A DNA stretch of 63,717 nt, the filler included, from Parasitella parasitica NRRL 2501 (Eukaryota; Fungi; Mucoromycota), in the NCBI GenBank assembly GCA_025201805.1. It is 7 parts of 7 records of this genome, joined end to end, with 100 filler letters (N's around TTAATTAATTAA, not from the genome) between each part and the next. Parts side by side here need not be neighbours in the genome. Positions count along the whole stretch, not along the records: positions 1 to 28,726 come from MU619271.1; 6 more parts are not named here. The stretch is one strand, 5' to 3'. Below, one piece after another: positions 13,983 through 26,900 of the stretch. Under the pieces are notes generated by a model. That model saw only the letters and a program-made list of their open reading frames with translations. It was not told the origin of the DNA and made no database searches. Numbering within the stretch: position 1 is the stretch's first letter; every line of letters starts with the position of its first letter. The translations under genes were made by a program, and so were the position numbers.

Positions 13983-16244
13983 AGGTTTGTGGCAAACTTT
14001 GCAAAGGAGAGAAGGAAGAGAAGAAGAATAAGGGGAAAATCAGTTTTATAAGGCACAGTGCTTCTATCATGTAACACATGGCTCACAGTCTCCGCCTGTT
14101 TTGTGCACATTACGCTTCCTATAAAAGACACGGAACCTGCTGCAAGCAAGGCAAATGCTAGTAAAATTCAATACAGTTCAATAATCGAGCCTTAGCAAAA
14201 ATCACTTTGGTTAGAATAAGCTGTTACTATATCAGCTAAGCCTTGGGTTCCTTATTTTTTTTTTGCAAATGTAGGTTTCACCAATTAACAAAGAAATTCT
14301 TGTGGCGAGTTCAATTCTGAAGCTGGCCAGCTGGTGGTGTATCAAGTACACAACTTTCTTTTCGACGTTCAATTCTGTTGTAAAGCCAACACCATATTTG
14401 TTTGTCCATTGACTGAGGATTGAGGGAAAAAAACAAAAAACAAAACCTTTTGGTCTTTTTATTGAGTTGAAAACTAGCAAGCCGATCCCGATTAACAGAC
14501 AAGTCTGGCGCGTGGGGAAAAAGACCATCAAAGCACTGTACTACTTGAAAACGTTATTTTGCGTGTCTTTTTATTTTTACTTTTATCCATATAGGTTTGA
14601 TCAACAGGGGCAGGGTAGTGGATTTGTTCGACATTTTTTTTTCATTGATATCTCTAAAATCTATTTACTTGCAATACAATGCAAGTCCAACAGGTATACA
14701 CATTGTATAACTCTGCATTTAATACCTTTTGTAAACATGGCAAACACATGATTTATTATAGACCTCGAGTAATCCACGTCTAAAAGACCCTAGTTTGCAT
14801 AAATAATACCTAAAATGGTAATTCTGTGTCAAAATCAAGTATCTTCGATTAGTAAATCATTAGTATCTTACTGGAGATATAGTGCCTTTCCGTTCGATTC
14901 TCCCTTATAAAAACTCATGAAAATTGTCAAGAAGCAAAGACTTGGCGTGTGCAAAAAATGAATTTTTGTCAAAGATCTAGTAATTTGAGGTGTATAATAT
15001 TTTCTTGCATAACAACATTATGTTGGAATTTTCAACCCAATAATTGATTATCGCACATTCGGTCAGCTGTCATTTACAGTGATTCAGGTTTAGCCCAAAC
15101 AGAAAAGGTAGATTATTTATGCTTGATACTATAATTGAAAAAAATCTCTCAAAAAGATGGGTAGAATAAGCCATGTAATCAGGCGAAGGGATCACATTTT
15201 CATTACAACAGACTTTGAGCCAAAACTGTGTAGTGCTGACTGAAAAATTGAGATCTCATGTAAATCCCAACACGCTTTAAAGCAAACAGCCATCCCAACA
15301 AGCGATACTTACCCGGAAGTCATCACCAATTTTCTGACGAAATGTCCCAACATTTGCGGATCGGTGCATTATCCTTGACTACATGGTAGCATATCATATC
15401 TCGAGAAACAACTGCAATAACCTATAACAATTTCCTGAAACTATGTAGCCATCAATCTATCTTTTCTTGGTAGGTTTCGGTTCTCTAACACCAACTGTGA
15501 ATAAACCAGAGGCATAGATAGCACCTGCAATAGAGGTTGTTTTGCCCCACCCATAACAATGGCGTGCGTTCCATTTTGGGGACCAAGCCCAGAGAGTTTC
15601 ATAGTGATGTCAAAAACAGACTCGCCAAGGAAACATACGCAATTCGTCAAGGGAGCTATGTTCCGAGTTTGTGAACATATCCTGTTGCAATACATATGGA
15701 CAACCAACTATTAAACTCATTGGCTGGTAGATGGACTTGATGAATTTTTTTTTTTTTTTTGAAAGACAAGGTTTTAGAATATCGCTGACAGCTAATCGTA
15801 TAGGAATCACTAGGCCATCATGAGATTTCAGAGCAGAATGCATTCCATGGCAATAAGCTTTGCAGCAAATTACCAAGTCAATCATCAGTCTATAAGGCAA
15901 CATACCAGGCTCTGTTTATGCCAAATGCAGTAGTATTACAAAAAACCTTGATTGTTTACAGGTTGCGCACAAGTAATAGCGTGAGAAAAATACTGTTAAT
16001 GGTGGAATAAAAACAAACCAGCAAAAAGACTCTAAAGGAGAGAATCGACCTTTATGAAAGACTATTGCCATACACTGCTATATTTGTAGGATCTTGCCAT
16101 TGAAGAGTGAGTGAGAAATTTTAGTCACAATTGACAATACATCCACTCTAATAAATCCCGCTGTATCCCGTCAAGTTTCTCTTCTCTCTTTCTTTTTGCA
16201 TTTCTTCCCTCCATTGCAACCTCTATTTCCCCTCATTTCAAGAG

Positions 16245-17532
16245 ATGTCTCCACTCAGCACCAGCCGCAACACTGATAAGCCTTTTATTTTTGATTTAAC
16301 CAGTGATACTGCAACCATCCCAACCGATGAGATGTTTGACATCATGAGGGCTGCCAGCCGTGGCGATGATGTCTATCAAGTAAGCCGTTGCTCTTTCTCT
16401 GACACTCATTGATTCATTCTAAAATGCATTGCTGGTATATCTATAGACTGATGATGACTGCCAGGCCCTTGAGGACTATGTCGCTCAGCAGATGGGCCAT
16501 GAAGCCGCTCTGTTCTGTACCAGCGGCACTCTTTCCAATCAGCTTGGATTGAGATGTCTTTTGTTCCAGCCTCCTCATTCGGTATTGTGTGATTCTCGTT
16601 CTCATGTATTCAACTATGAGTGCGGCGGTATTGCATATCATTCGCAGGCCAGCGTCGTCCCTGTTGTCGCAAAGGGTACGTACATGACAGCTGCTGAAGT
16701 AGAAGCTCGTATCAATAAGGATACTCTATGTGGTGCCGTCACCAAAGGTGAGTCGTGAATTGGCCTCGCTAATGACATACATTGTGCTCTGACCACGAAA
16801 TCGATGGACATAGTTGTTTCTCTCGAAAACACCATGAATGGCACAATTATGCCCATTGAGGAGATTAAGAAGATCCATGACGTTGCCCGCGCCAACAATC
16901 TCAAGATGCATATGGACGGTGCTCGTCTGTGGAATGCTAGTCAAGCCAGTGGCACTCCATTGAGTGAATACGGCCAATACTTTGATACCGTTTCCATCTG
17001 CCTATCAAAAGGCGCAGGTGCCCCCATCGGGTCCATGCTGACTGGTACGAAAGAACTGATAGCTCGTGCTCGCCATATCCGTAAGATGATGGGCGGTGGT
17101 TGGAGACAAGCGGGCATGTTGGCAGTGGCAGCTCGTCATTGCATCAATACCGTAGTCCCTACTATGCCCGAAACACACGAGCTTACTCGTAAGCTTGCAG
17201 ACCATCTGGAGTCTCTTGGTGTCAAGCTTCTTTTGCCTGTCGATACAAATATGATATTCATAGATGTTTCCCGCACTGGACTCACTATTGCAGATCTAGC
17301 AGAGGCTCTCAAGACCAAGCATATCAAGATCTTTAGCAACACGGGCACAACAACCCGTCTTGTATTTCACTACCAAATCACGTCTCAAGCAGTGGACGAT
17401 TTCATGCAGGTTGCCAGTGACTTGGTTCAAACAAAGAAGAAGTCTGGATTTGTTCCACCTGCGCTTGGCGACTCTGGCGTAGAGACAATCGAACAAACAG
17501 CCGAATCTGCCTATCCTACTGCAACTGCTTAA
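16245..17532 (+). CDS. GLY1: Low-specificity L-threonine aldolase (PLP-dependent), 3 exons
   Basis: Motifs DLTSDTAT.PT.EM, GDDVY, SGTLSNQLGL, LENT, HMDGARLWNA, CLSKGAGAPIGS (PLP lysine) and RKMMGGGWRQAG. Confidence 0.96.
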
Positions 17533-17681
17533 AACAAAACACTTTGTATACATTGATGCCTTTGGGAAATAGAGACACTTCTTGATGTATATAATGTCCA
17601 TTCTCTTATTTTTTTTTCCTTTCATCTTGGAACAAATATAGTATAAACGTATTAAATAAAATTGGTGTCGTTTTTTTTTTA

Positions 17682-19760
17682 TCACCTCGTAGTTAAATTA
17701 ATGTTGTTTTGCACTACATTGACTTCCGAGAGGCCAGTGCTTGGCAGTGATTTTGATCTTGACCTGGACGATGGTTGCCGCTGCTCTGATAGCAACAGCA
17801 TCTTTTTGCTGAGACGGACTGAATGCAGAGCGCTTTTGTTGTCGTGCGTTACATTTAAATGCTGATGTGCACAACTAATCGTAGTAGCCTGCACCGCGGA
17901 AGATTTATTTTGGCGGCACAGTAATTGTTGCGAGGCATTCAGAGAGTCAATTGAATGGTCTACGTTAGCAGCGAGTAACTGTTGCCGGTTATCGGCCTTT
18001 GTTTGCCTGTTGCTTGACGCAATGATGGTTGATTTCCCACGTTTTTTAGCTCTGGTGTGGGGGTGCTGATTAGATGTGATGACAGACTTCAGTGTCTGCT
18101 GCGACAGTGAATCTGACTCTATGATTTCGTTGCGATTTTCTGCTATTGTCACTTGCTCGTGAGTAGTTGCAGTCGTAGATAAGTTGGTGCTTCTTTTAAA
18201 CCATCTTTTTTTCATTGGGATTATCGCAGTCGACGACACACTAGTGCTGAGCGGCGGAAATGGATCTGCTGTAACCACCAGATCAGATGGCGACGAATAC
18301 AATTCAGGCAAAGAGTGGTAGGACAAGTTTGTTACACCCGAGTTCAAGGCTTTATTGACAGTTTCATCCTTGCCGAATATGCCACCAGCACCGCCCTCTG
18401 TTTGGAAGAACACCATGTCATCCATGTTTGGTAAAACCATGGTCTCTGTGAATATCTCCTCGATTTTGGTTTTGATGGCTTTACTGACGAGGGAGTAGCC
18501 TATTCTCTTCTCCCAAACAACAGGCTCTACCACCCATTCCATTTTAGGCTTCTTGTAAAACCCCATCCACGCACGGTTTGTAGGCGGCTCCTTGATTTTT
18601 ATCATCATTTTACCTTCGATTGACTTTAGCGTAATAGCCAGCACAAGGTCAATGCGGATAGGTGGCAATCGGTCAGAATACTTCCACTTTAACACTGTCT
18701 CTAATTCGACTCTGAAATGGCCGTCGTAGAATAGCTGAACGTCGCCAGTGTATTCTCCCTGAGGACTCAAGTGGATAAAGCGTGGCTTTGTGATTTGTGG
18801 TGCTGCGTGGCCTCCGTCGACTGATCTCAAAGAGATCTCTTCGAGAAATGGCGGCCTGCGAGCGTTCAATTTTTCGATTTTCTTCAAGATTTTGTTGTAA
18901 AAGAACGATTTAGTCCTGTCTGTTTTGTAAATGCCTAGAAAAATGCGTCCTAGTAGAGCATTGAACCATTGCAGTTCAAAATGGCTGGGATCACTATGGA
19001 TTGTTGATATCAAATGATTCATCGCATCTTGGTCAAACTGAGTTGAATTTTCAAGCGATCGTTGTAGGTCTTTTGTAGGCGGTTCTCCGTGCTGCGAAGA
19101 AGTGAGCTCAAGTTTGCTGGCCCTCAACAGAGCAATAAACCAATCTTCCTTGTCCACGCATCGATTGCAATGCAAGTAGTATTCCTGTTGTTGGTTTTCT
19201 TGGTACATATTGCTCATCTTTTTCTTTAATTGGATGCGGCTTGATTTCGAAAATAATTCATGGTCTTTGAGGCCATGAGGGTATACCTGAATCTGGTGAT
19301 TACTGACATTGATAACGCCTTTGCAGTCAAGCTGCAGCTCAGAATCATATAAATAAAGCGTGTTGAATTTCAGTACGGCAAAGTAGTAAAAGCTGTTGCT
19401 GCTATTATCTGCTGTCATTGACAGGTTATTGGAGCTATATTCTTCGTTTATTGTGGCAGTAGCTGTCTTGCCTCCACTTCCAGACAAGTAAGATTTGACA
19501 ATTCCTCCAATAGATGAGCCTTTGCTTGTAGCTTGAGCGTCTCTAATAACATGTAGCCATCCTACTTTATAGAATTGACTGTGTTCTACTAAATGATCTT
19601 TATGGAACTGCTGTTCAAGCGTGTCAGATGGTTGCTGTGCTGGATTGATTGCTGTGCTGCCAATATATTTGCTCAAGATATAGCAAATAATCAATATTAT
19701 GGGTATGAATGTGATTCCACCGACAACATAAGCAATACCCAGTGAAATATAATAGTTCAT
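17682..19760 (-). CDS. N-anchored PH- and SMP-domain lipid-transfer protein (Nvj2/TEX2-like)
   Basis: N-terminal TM helix, a PH-like segment (FAVLKFNTLYLYDSE...KEDWFIAL) and SMP motifs WFNALLGRIF, IKEPPTNRAWMGF and TMVLPNMDD. Confidence 0.88.
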   Translation of the reverse strand: MNYYISLGIAYVVGGITFIPIILIICYILSKYIGSTAINPAQQPSDTLEQQFHKDHLVEHSQFYKVGWLHVIRDAQATSKGSSIGGIVKSYLSGSGGKTATATINEEYSSNNLSMTADNSSNSFYYFAVLKFNTLYLYDSELQLDCKGVINVSNHQIQVYPHGLKDHELFSKSSRIQLKKKMSNMYQENQQQEYYLHCNRCVDKEDWFIALLRASKLELTSSQHGEPPTKDLQRSLENSTQFDQDAMNHLISTIHSDPSHFELQWFNALLGRIFLGIYKTDRTKSFFYNKILKKIEKLNARRPPFLEEISLRSVDGGHAAPQITKPRFIHLSPQGEYTGDVQLFYDGHFRVELETVLKWKYSDRLPPIRIDLVLAITLKSIEGKMMIKIKEPPTNRAWMGFYKKPKMEWVVEPVVWEKRIGYSLVSKAIKTKIEEIFTETMVLPNMDDMVFFQTEGGAGGIFGKDETVNKALNSGVTNLSYHSLPELYSSPSDLVVTADPFPPLSTSVSSTAIIPMKKRWFKRSTNLSTTATTHEQVTIAENRNEIIESDSLSQQTLKSVITSNQHPHTRAKKRGKSTIIASSNRQTKADNRQQLLAANVDHSIDSLNASQQLLCRQNKSSAVQATTISCAHQHLNVTHDNKSALHSVRLSKKMLLLSEQRQPSSRSRSKSLPSTGLSEVNVVQNNINLTTR

Positions 19761-20371
19761 GGGGTGTGTGTTTGTGTGTGTGTGTTTTTTTTTTATTGAT
19801 CAACTACATGAAACAAACGATACTATAAACGGAGAAGATATAAACCTTCCCTCCTGATTGCTGTTTGCATCATTAATGTAACACGATTATCTACGCCTTT
19901 TGGAAGTTATCAATAAATGAAAAATTTGTCCATTAAACTTGGACGGCGTCTTTGTTACTTTACATAATATGCATTTCATGTTACCATTGCTATAGCAACG
20001 AATTTTTGTAGACCTTGGTCATGTCTCATATCAATCAAAAATATCGGGCAATTTACCATAAAAAACTCTGTATAAGCTATCATCGATCTGATGCCATTGA
20101 TGCATTTTTTTTCCCATGATTATTGTTATAAAAGTATATTGTTTGTTTCAAATAGAGGTTTGTTCTGCCATTAAGAGGATCATTCTGTGGTGAATTTCCA
20201 ATCAGTGCTCAATCTACTACAGCCTGGACTGCCAAAGGAGACGTCATTTTGCAACATTGCCTTATATTTTTTTTTTTTTTTTCTTTTCGTTTTCTTCTCT
20301 TTGCAATTCAAATCTTTTGTATTTAACAAACTTTTCAACACATTAAAGTCAAATTTGATAAGAAATACAAG

Positions 20372-21301
20372 ATGGATAGCCAACAACCACATGATGATCA
20401 GCACCACCATGATATTAACCCCCCACAACTTCCTCAACAGCAAGTTTCGACGCAGGCATATCAGCAATTGCAAACCTCCACAGCCCCCGGTGGGCAGCCT
20501 GCATTTGATTTAGGCAAATTTTGGTTGGAAGAAATGCATAATGCGGAAGTCTTTGATTCTGATTTCAAGAACCACCCTCTTCCTTTGGCTCGGATAAAAA
20601 AAGTGATGAAGACTGATCAAGACGTCAAGGTAATAAATTTGGAGAATCTCCAAGTGGTTTTGAGTGGACCAAAATTGACCATCATTTTTTTTTTTTTTTT
20701 TTTTNNNNNNNNNNNNNNNNNNNNNNNNNNNNNNNNNNNNNNNNNNNNNNNNNNNNNNNNNNNNNNNNNNNNNNNNNNNNNNNNNNNNNNNNNNNNNNNN
20801 NNNNNNNNNNNNNNNNNNNNNNNNNNNNNNNNNNNNNNNNNNNNNNNNNNNNNNNNNNNNNNNNNNNNNNNNNNNNNNNNNNNNNNNNNNNNNNNNNNNN
20901 NNNNNNNNNNNNNNNNNNNNNNNNTTTTTTAAAAATCTAAAAGGGTCCATGCAGAGGAAAACAAACGTAGAACACTGCAAAGGTCTGACATTGCTACAGC
21001 AATATCCAAAACCGACATGTGTGATTTCTTGATCGACATTGTGCCTAGAGAAGAAGCAGCAAAGACCAGCGCTCCTGTTTATGAGCAAAACGTATATGCA
21101 CCACCTACTGCAAATACTGCAGGTTATTATCAACCTCAGTATGCCACAAACCAACTAGACCCTCAAACCTATTATCCCCCATTACCTCAATTTACAAGCG
21201 ATCAAGTGCAACAGTATCAAATGCAACTGCAGCAGTTTGCTCAACAGCAGCAACAGCAACAGCAACCAAATTTCGATACAGAACCGAAATCCAAAGAGTA
21301 G
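20372..21301 (+). CDS. HAP5: CCAAT-binding factor subunit C (NF-YC/Hap5); middle exon lost in N gap
   Basis: Histone-fold motifs [34 protein letters not shown] and [11 protein letters not shown], plus a Q-rich tail. Confidence 0.93.
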
Positions 21302-21427
21302 CTTTTTTCCCCTAATAAACTTTATGGTATCTTGGAAATACGTCACTGGAGCAAAAAAAAAAACATCTTAAAAGTGAACGATTTTGAGCGTGGGACCTCA
21401 ATTTCTCTTTATCGAAAAAGAAAAACA

Positions 21428-22624
21428 ATGGGGTTCAAGGTATTAGTTACTCGCATCATACCACCTCAAGCACAAGCGCGTTTGCTTGAGCAGAATTTTG
21501 AATTACTTCAGTGGGATCAGGATTCGGCCATCCCAAGAGATGTCCTTCTGGAAAAAGTAAAGGGCGTAGACGCTTTGTTTTGCTTATTAACAGAAAAGAT
21601 CGATAATGTATTGTTAGACGCAGCAGGTTGGCATTGACCGTTTGAACATTTTTGTTTTACATGTGCCTAAATAGAATTTTTTGTTGCAAAAGGTCCTCAA
21701 TTAAAAGTGATTGCCACTATGAGCGTTGGATATGACCATATCGATGTTCCTGCAGTCAAAGCGAGAAATATTAAACTAGGCTATACACCTGATGTGTTGA
21801 CAGACGCTACTGCTGATTTGACAGTTCTCTTAGCCTTGGGTGCATCTCGTCGAATCAAGGAGAGTATTCGAGCAGCTGAAGATGGATTGGTAAGTCCACA
21901 ATGCATGTAGATTGCTACGAGTATTAAAAATGATACAAACAAAGTGGGGAAAATGGGGCCCCACCTGGCTGTGTGGCTCCCAATTTACAAACAAAACATG
22001 TGGTATTGTTGGTCTAGGTCGCATTGGTGAGGCTGTTGGGCATCGCTTGAAGGCATTTGGCATTTCAAGGTTTGTTTATAGCGGTCGCAGTAAAAAGGCT
22101 GAAGCAGAAGCTGGTCTAAACGCAGACTTTGTGTCTTTTGATGATCTTTTACAGCAATCTGATATTATCGTTATCTGCTGTGCTCTGACCAAAGAAACCC
22201 AAAACATGTTTAATTATGAAGCATTCACTAAAATGAAGACTACAGCTGTGAGCTTCAATTTTGCTTTGATTGTGTAGATAATATTGCTAACATACACCTT
22301 GTAGGTGCTCGTCAATTCAGCTCGTGGTGGCATTGTTCATCAAGATGATCTCGGTGAGTGCACCGCTCATTTTAATACAACGTTTGCTCACGCATTTTGT
22401 ACACAGTTCGTGCTCTTGATGATAATTTAATTGGTGCTGTTGGCCTAGACGTAACTACTCCCGAGCCTCTTCCTCCATCTCATAAGCTGTATAGTTTTCC
22501 AAACTGTCTGATCCTTCCTCATGTTGGCAGTGCAACCATGGAGACTAGAGAAAACATGGCAAATATGACGCTTGAGAATATCATAGCTGGCCTCACCGAT
22601 AAACCTCTTCCATATTCAATTTAA
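21428..22624 (+). CDS. Glyoxylate reductase/hydroxypyruvate reductase (D-2-hydroxyacid dehydrogenase), multi-exon
   Basis: Motifs TMSVGYDHID, GYTPDVLTDATADL, GIVGLGRIG (Rossmann), VNSARGGIV, GLDVTTPEPLP and LPHVGSAT. Confidence 0.94.
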
Positions 22625-23159
22625 GCTATTATTATATAAGTAGTGTAAATGAAGATCTTCTTTTTTTTTTAAAAAAAAAAAAAATGCACAAGTGGAAATC
22701 ACAACAAGGCATTAACAAATATTTTACTGACAATAGCGTTTACAAATAAAGCCATGTTATCCGCAAAACAAAATGTCAGAGCCCTTTTATTTCCTCTTCT
22801 GAATAGGAGGAGTGAGGGAGAGGAGGATTTGGTGTGGTGATGGCAGCAGGGAGTGACAACTATTATTCTTTTATTATCTTCTGTGATAATATTTTAAGCT
22901 GTTTGCCACTTTAAAAGCTGCTAGGAAGCTATACTCTTTCCCTTCATGATCGATGTATGCTAAAGATTTGGGATCATCTAATTATACCATCATACCAGGA
23001 GCTTTTCTTTCTAACCTTTACTATAAACTGACAAAGCAGGGGTTTAGTAATTTCTTGTATTGTGGATTTCTTTATTAGCTACTACTACTGAGTTTCTTGA
23101 GCATTTGCAATTGGTATGGTTATCTTGGTATCAAATTTCTCTGCAGCTTTAACTCTCTT

Positions 23160-23470
23160 TGATCTATCAGAATGAGAAATTATTCAAATAAAAATGGTTG
23201 TAAATAAATCAGGTAAACATCTCGTTTTTACATGGAAAATATGATAGTTTATATACTAGTAAATCTAAGTGGACAGATGGGGGGGGGATAAGGTAAAAGT
23301 GTGAGACATGGTGTGGTGATATAGAGAATGGGACGATAGATTGTATCTTTTGTCCATGAACATGTCATGTTGAGTTATAAATAGGGGACATGATTTTATT
23401 GGGATATGTTCCTGGATTGTGTTCAGGATTGAGTTTGCTTGAGTTTGACTTCTGGTTGGGGAACTGACAC
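23160..23470 (+). mobile_element. Truncated LTR-like repeat, family A (5' part)
   Basis: Starts TGATCTATCAGAATGAG and contains TATAAATAGGG. It is a diverged reverse complement of 29320-29619. Confidence 0.6.
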
Positions 23471-23661
23471 ATCACTCTTCACTCTCGTTGTCGGCTTGTA
23501 CAATAATATAGCTTTTTTTTGCTTTGGATCTTGGAACTTCTTTTTTGAATGTATCTTCAATGAGCCTCGGAAAATGTATATTTCTAACTAACAGTGCAGG
23601 GACCAAGCATAATACCGTCATCATTTTTTGAAATCTTGATGGAATATGCATTAAAAAAAGA

Positions 23662-23705
23662 CTGCTCCGTATTCACTCAAAAGCTGCTCCGTATTCACTC
23701 AAAAG
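23662..23705 (+). repeat. Perfect 22-bp tandem duplication
   Basis: CTGCTCCGTATTCACTCAAAAG occurs twice in tandem. Confidence 0.9.
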
Positions 23706-23789
23706 AGTAATGCACTGCTGCGTTGAATCACCTCACTTACCAAAGGTTCAATTCTGATTAATACAGTTACTTGCAATCATCATACGGAT

Positions 23790-24100
23790 ACAATAAACAC
23801 TGTTTTATTAACCATCAAATCAGGCATGATCATCGCTATATATGAGCATAACTTGATTTCCCTTGGGCGACCTGTCTATCAAAAGTTATCTGCAAAACCA
23901 GTTTTATTTTTCAATATTTATCATAAATATCAGATATTTGCTCATAACTTGTGCTAAAATCACCCTAGAACCGAGATCTGACTTGGAAAACTTAGCATTG
24001 ACTTGGCGCTATCAGGCAACAACATTGATGTCCATGTTTTTATTGATATCTATAAAGTTATCACATGATATCACAAATTTACATATCAAAATTACGTCCA
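23790..24100 (-). repeat. Copy of the ~335-bp tandem-repeat unit (inverted relative to the 28827 and 39868 copies)
   Basis: Reverse-complement similarity to 28827-29187 and 39868-40213, e.g. cttggaaaacttagcattgacttggcgcta. Confidence 0.85.
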
Positions 24101-25337
24101 ATCGCTGAACATCGGCCGCCCAAATTGCCAGTGGCAAATTTTTTGAGCTATCGGAGTTTTAAATTTGAAAACCCGCTTTTGTGAATACAGTGTTTCTACT
24201 TTAAATTTAGACGATGTTAATTTTTTTCTGGACGAATTGAAATTAATATTTAGACAAATAGCTTACCTATTTTGGAAAACAAAATAATTATTTGCAGATA
24301 AAAAAGAAACTATTTTAGAGAAATCAGAGTTGATTATTGGATCATTATTTTACCTATTGTGGAAAAAGTAAAAATTATTTTCAGATAAAAAGGAAATTAG
24401 TTTGGACAAATCAAAAGCTAATTCTTTATATCAATGGATATTTTCATCCATAATCATTGTAAATTATTAAACTTAATTCGTGGGTTATCCGAAGCAAAAT
24501 TAGTAAATATTCATATGCTGTTTCATACGTGCTCCAACTAATAGTTGGATCCAAACTCTATTCTACTGTTGAGATAGATATATAATAAATAAATAAAACA
24601 AAACGAAATGAAAAGCCAGTAAATTCCAATAATCTTGTTCAATTACAAAAGCTTCTATTCAAATAGTCTGATGCACTAGACATTGTTGTTTTCGAGATGT
24701 TTAATAAAAGACAAGCTGCTTCTTTGCTTAAGATAAACTAATATTGAAAACTGCCTTTATGAGCCCACGTGGTATGTAGACGAAGCCTTTTCTACTTCGG
24801 TGATGAGGATATTCAATAGTAAATTGTTTTGATTTTGTCAATAAATCAGTCTTTGTAGTTTGAACTAAACTTTCATCGGTCCGTCGAATTTCTAAAAGAA
24901 GACCTAAAATATCTTTCAACATTTCTTTTCTCATCTACATTAATAAAAGTTATGAAACGCAAACACGAAGACGAACAATCTGATGATCCAAAAAAAAAAA
25001 GATTTTAAAGAGTAAGTATCGAACTCGTACCTAACAAAAGAGTGTGTTTCTTACATTGTTTAGGTGCAGACTTGTTTGTTATGCGCAGAGGATATATAAA
25101 TATGATCTGCTCAAAAAAAATGTATAACTTTATAAAAATAAAATCAGACACAAAAACTAATGACTTTATTGATAAGAAAATGCCATCTTTTTATACTAGA
25201 TTATATCTATTGTAACACTATTTGTCATCATGGTTAAACATTGAACTTGGTATGTAATACTAAGCTTATTACATGTTCTACTGTACATTAATAGCTTATT
25301 CCTTGTCATTGTATACAAAGAATTACCAATCTAATAA

Positions 25338-26098
25338 TTGCTTAATCTCATGCCTTTATGGCACAACATGGTTAACCAAGAAATATCTACTTTAACATCA
25401 TTTACTCCTTCTTCTCATCATATCGCTTCTACTCATACTGATTCTATTGATATTGCTTCTATTCATATTACTTCTACTGATCTTAATCCTACTCATATTG
25501 TTTCATCTCATACCGGCACCAATTCACCTAATGATATGGCATCTTCTTCCAGTACCACTCCTATCATATCAAAGAAAATTCAAAACAAAATTGATAAGAG
25601 TCGTGCCTTACAAGAGTTCAGGCTGCAACAAAAATCGGACAAACCAAAGCTGTGCCCCTCCTGCAAACAAGATACACACGCACGGTCCACGAGCAATTTA
25701 TGCCCCAATAAAAGAAGAAAGAGACCAAGTTTGAAGCGGATGAGTTCACAAAACAATTTGTATTCAAAACTTCACTTAAAAACACTTGCAAGAATCAACT
25801 ATTCCCAAAAAAATCTGGCTCAAGTAGTAGAATATACTAATATGATTATTCATGTTGGTTCTCTTTTGTAAACTTTGTGTTCCTGAAACTGCTTGGTAAT
25901 GGCCAAGCGATATCTGTAATAGAGCAAAATCTATTCGCTTCCATGTTCGCCCTCATTACTGGTAATGGTAAAAAAGTGCCAAAATACTTGGAAGAATATT
26001 TTAATGACTTTTGCGATTTGACATCATTGGATCGTGAAAAATTAAAGGGATTGGGTACTCCAGTCTCCTCAATACTGCGGCTAAACAATATGAAATAA
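25338..26098 (+). pseudogene. Frameshifted, 3'-truncated Fanzor1-like (TnpB-derived) N-terminal fragment with zinc knuckle
   Basis: A Cys/His knuckle CPSCKQDTHARSTSNLCP, then across about 3 frameshifts: FVFKTSLKNTCK..LAQVVEYTNMIIHVGSLFVNFVFLKLLGNGQAISVIEQNLFASMFALITGNGKK. From memory this resembles N-termini of mucoralean Fanzor-type proteins. No RuvC domain is present. Confidence 0.45.
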
Positions 26099-26252
26099 AC
26101 CTTAACCAGAAATTATTCGCACAAGCTGAGGAAAAAATTGCTCTTATTTTATTTTACTTTCTGCACGCTTTTTATTTTATTTTTTGCACACTTTTAAAGA
26201 TAATATTTGCACACTTGTAAAAGTAGTTTTTGCACACAGTGTGCAAATTATA

Positions 26253-26900
26253 TTATAGAGGTTCTTTATTGAAGCAGGTTTCAAATTTTGAAGCAGAATA
26301 GCGACAGAAGAATCCTTCCAAGTCGCTAAAGAGAACATTATGACAAGCTTCAGCGATTCTCATATTAAGAGTTTTGCTCTGCAAGAGCTTTTCCTTTTTT
26401 AATTTACTCTTTACAATTGACCAGAATTGCTCAATTGGATTGAGCTCAGGCGAATAAGGGGGAACATAAACACATCCGTACCCACGGCTCTCAATGAATC
26501 TTCTGATGCTATCTGATGTATGGATAGGGGCATTATCCATGATAAGATAATTCCCTTTAAATTGTTCGTGACGATCCACGACATCTAAGGTGCTAGAAAT
26601 AAAATTCATATAATGCCCAGTAACAGTTCCAGCAGTCTTCTGCGACTTACTACCTCCTGTCACTTTTCGTTTCTTAGAAGCTTCAGCATATGGTACTCTA
26701 ACTTTGACATTGATGACACCGAAGGGGAAAATGGCTCCCAATATAGTTGTCGTCTTAGCTCTGGTTAAAGGTTGGACTACTTCAGCTCGAGTTCCCTTTT
26801 TTGACCAAGCCATTCTCCTTTTTAAATTGATATGAAACGCAGATTCGTCGATAAACACACAGTTGCTGTTAAAATCCATATTGTGAAATACATTCACTAT
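26253..26900 (-). mobile_element. Tc1/IS630-family DD34E transposase, catalytic domain only (5' truncated)
   Basis: Motifs FIDESAFH, IMDNAPIH and PPYSPELNPIEQFWS, with 34 residues between the second D and the E. Confidence 0.93.

Noticed and set aside
16245-22624. Threonine aldolase plus glyoxylate reductase as a glycine/glyoxylate gene cluster
   Set aside because: They are separated by unrelated housekeeping genes (Nvj2-like, Hap5) and show no shared motif.
23863-24108. Similar short ORFs at 23863, 28779 and 40080 (NLENLALTWRY)
   Set aside because: Chance translations of the 335-bp noncoding repeat; starts and stops are not conserved.
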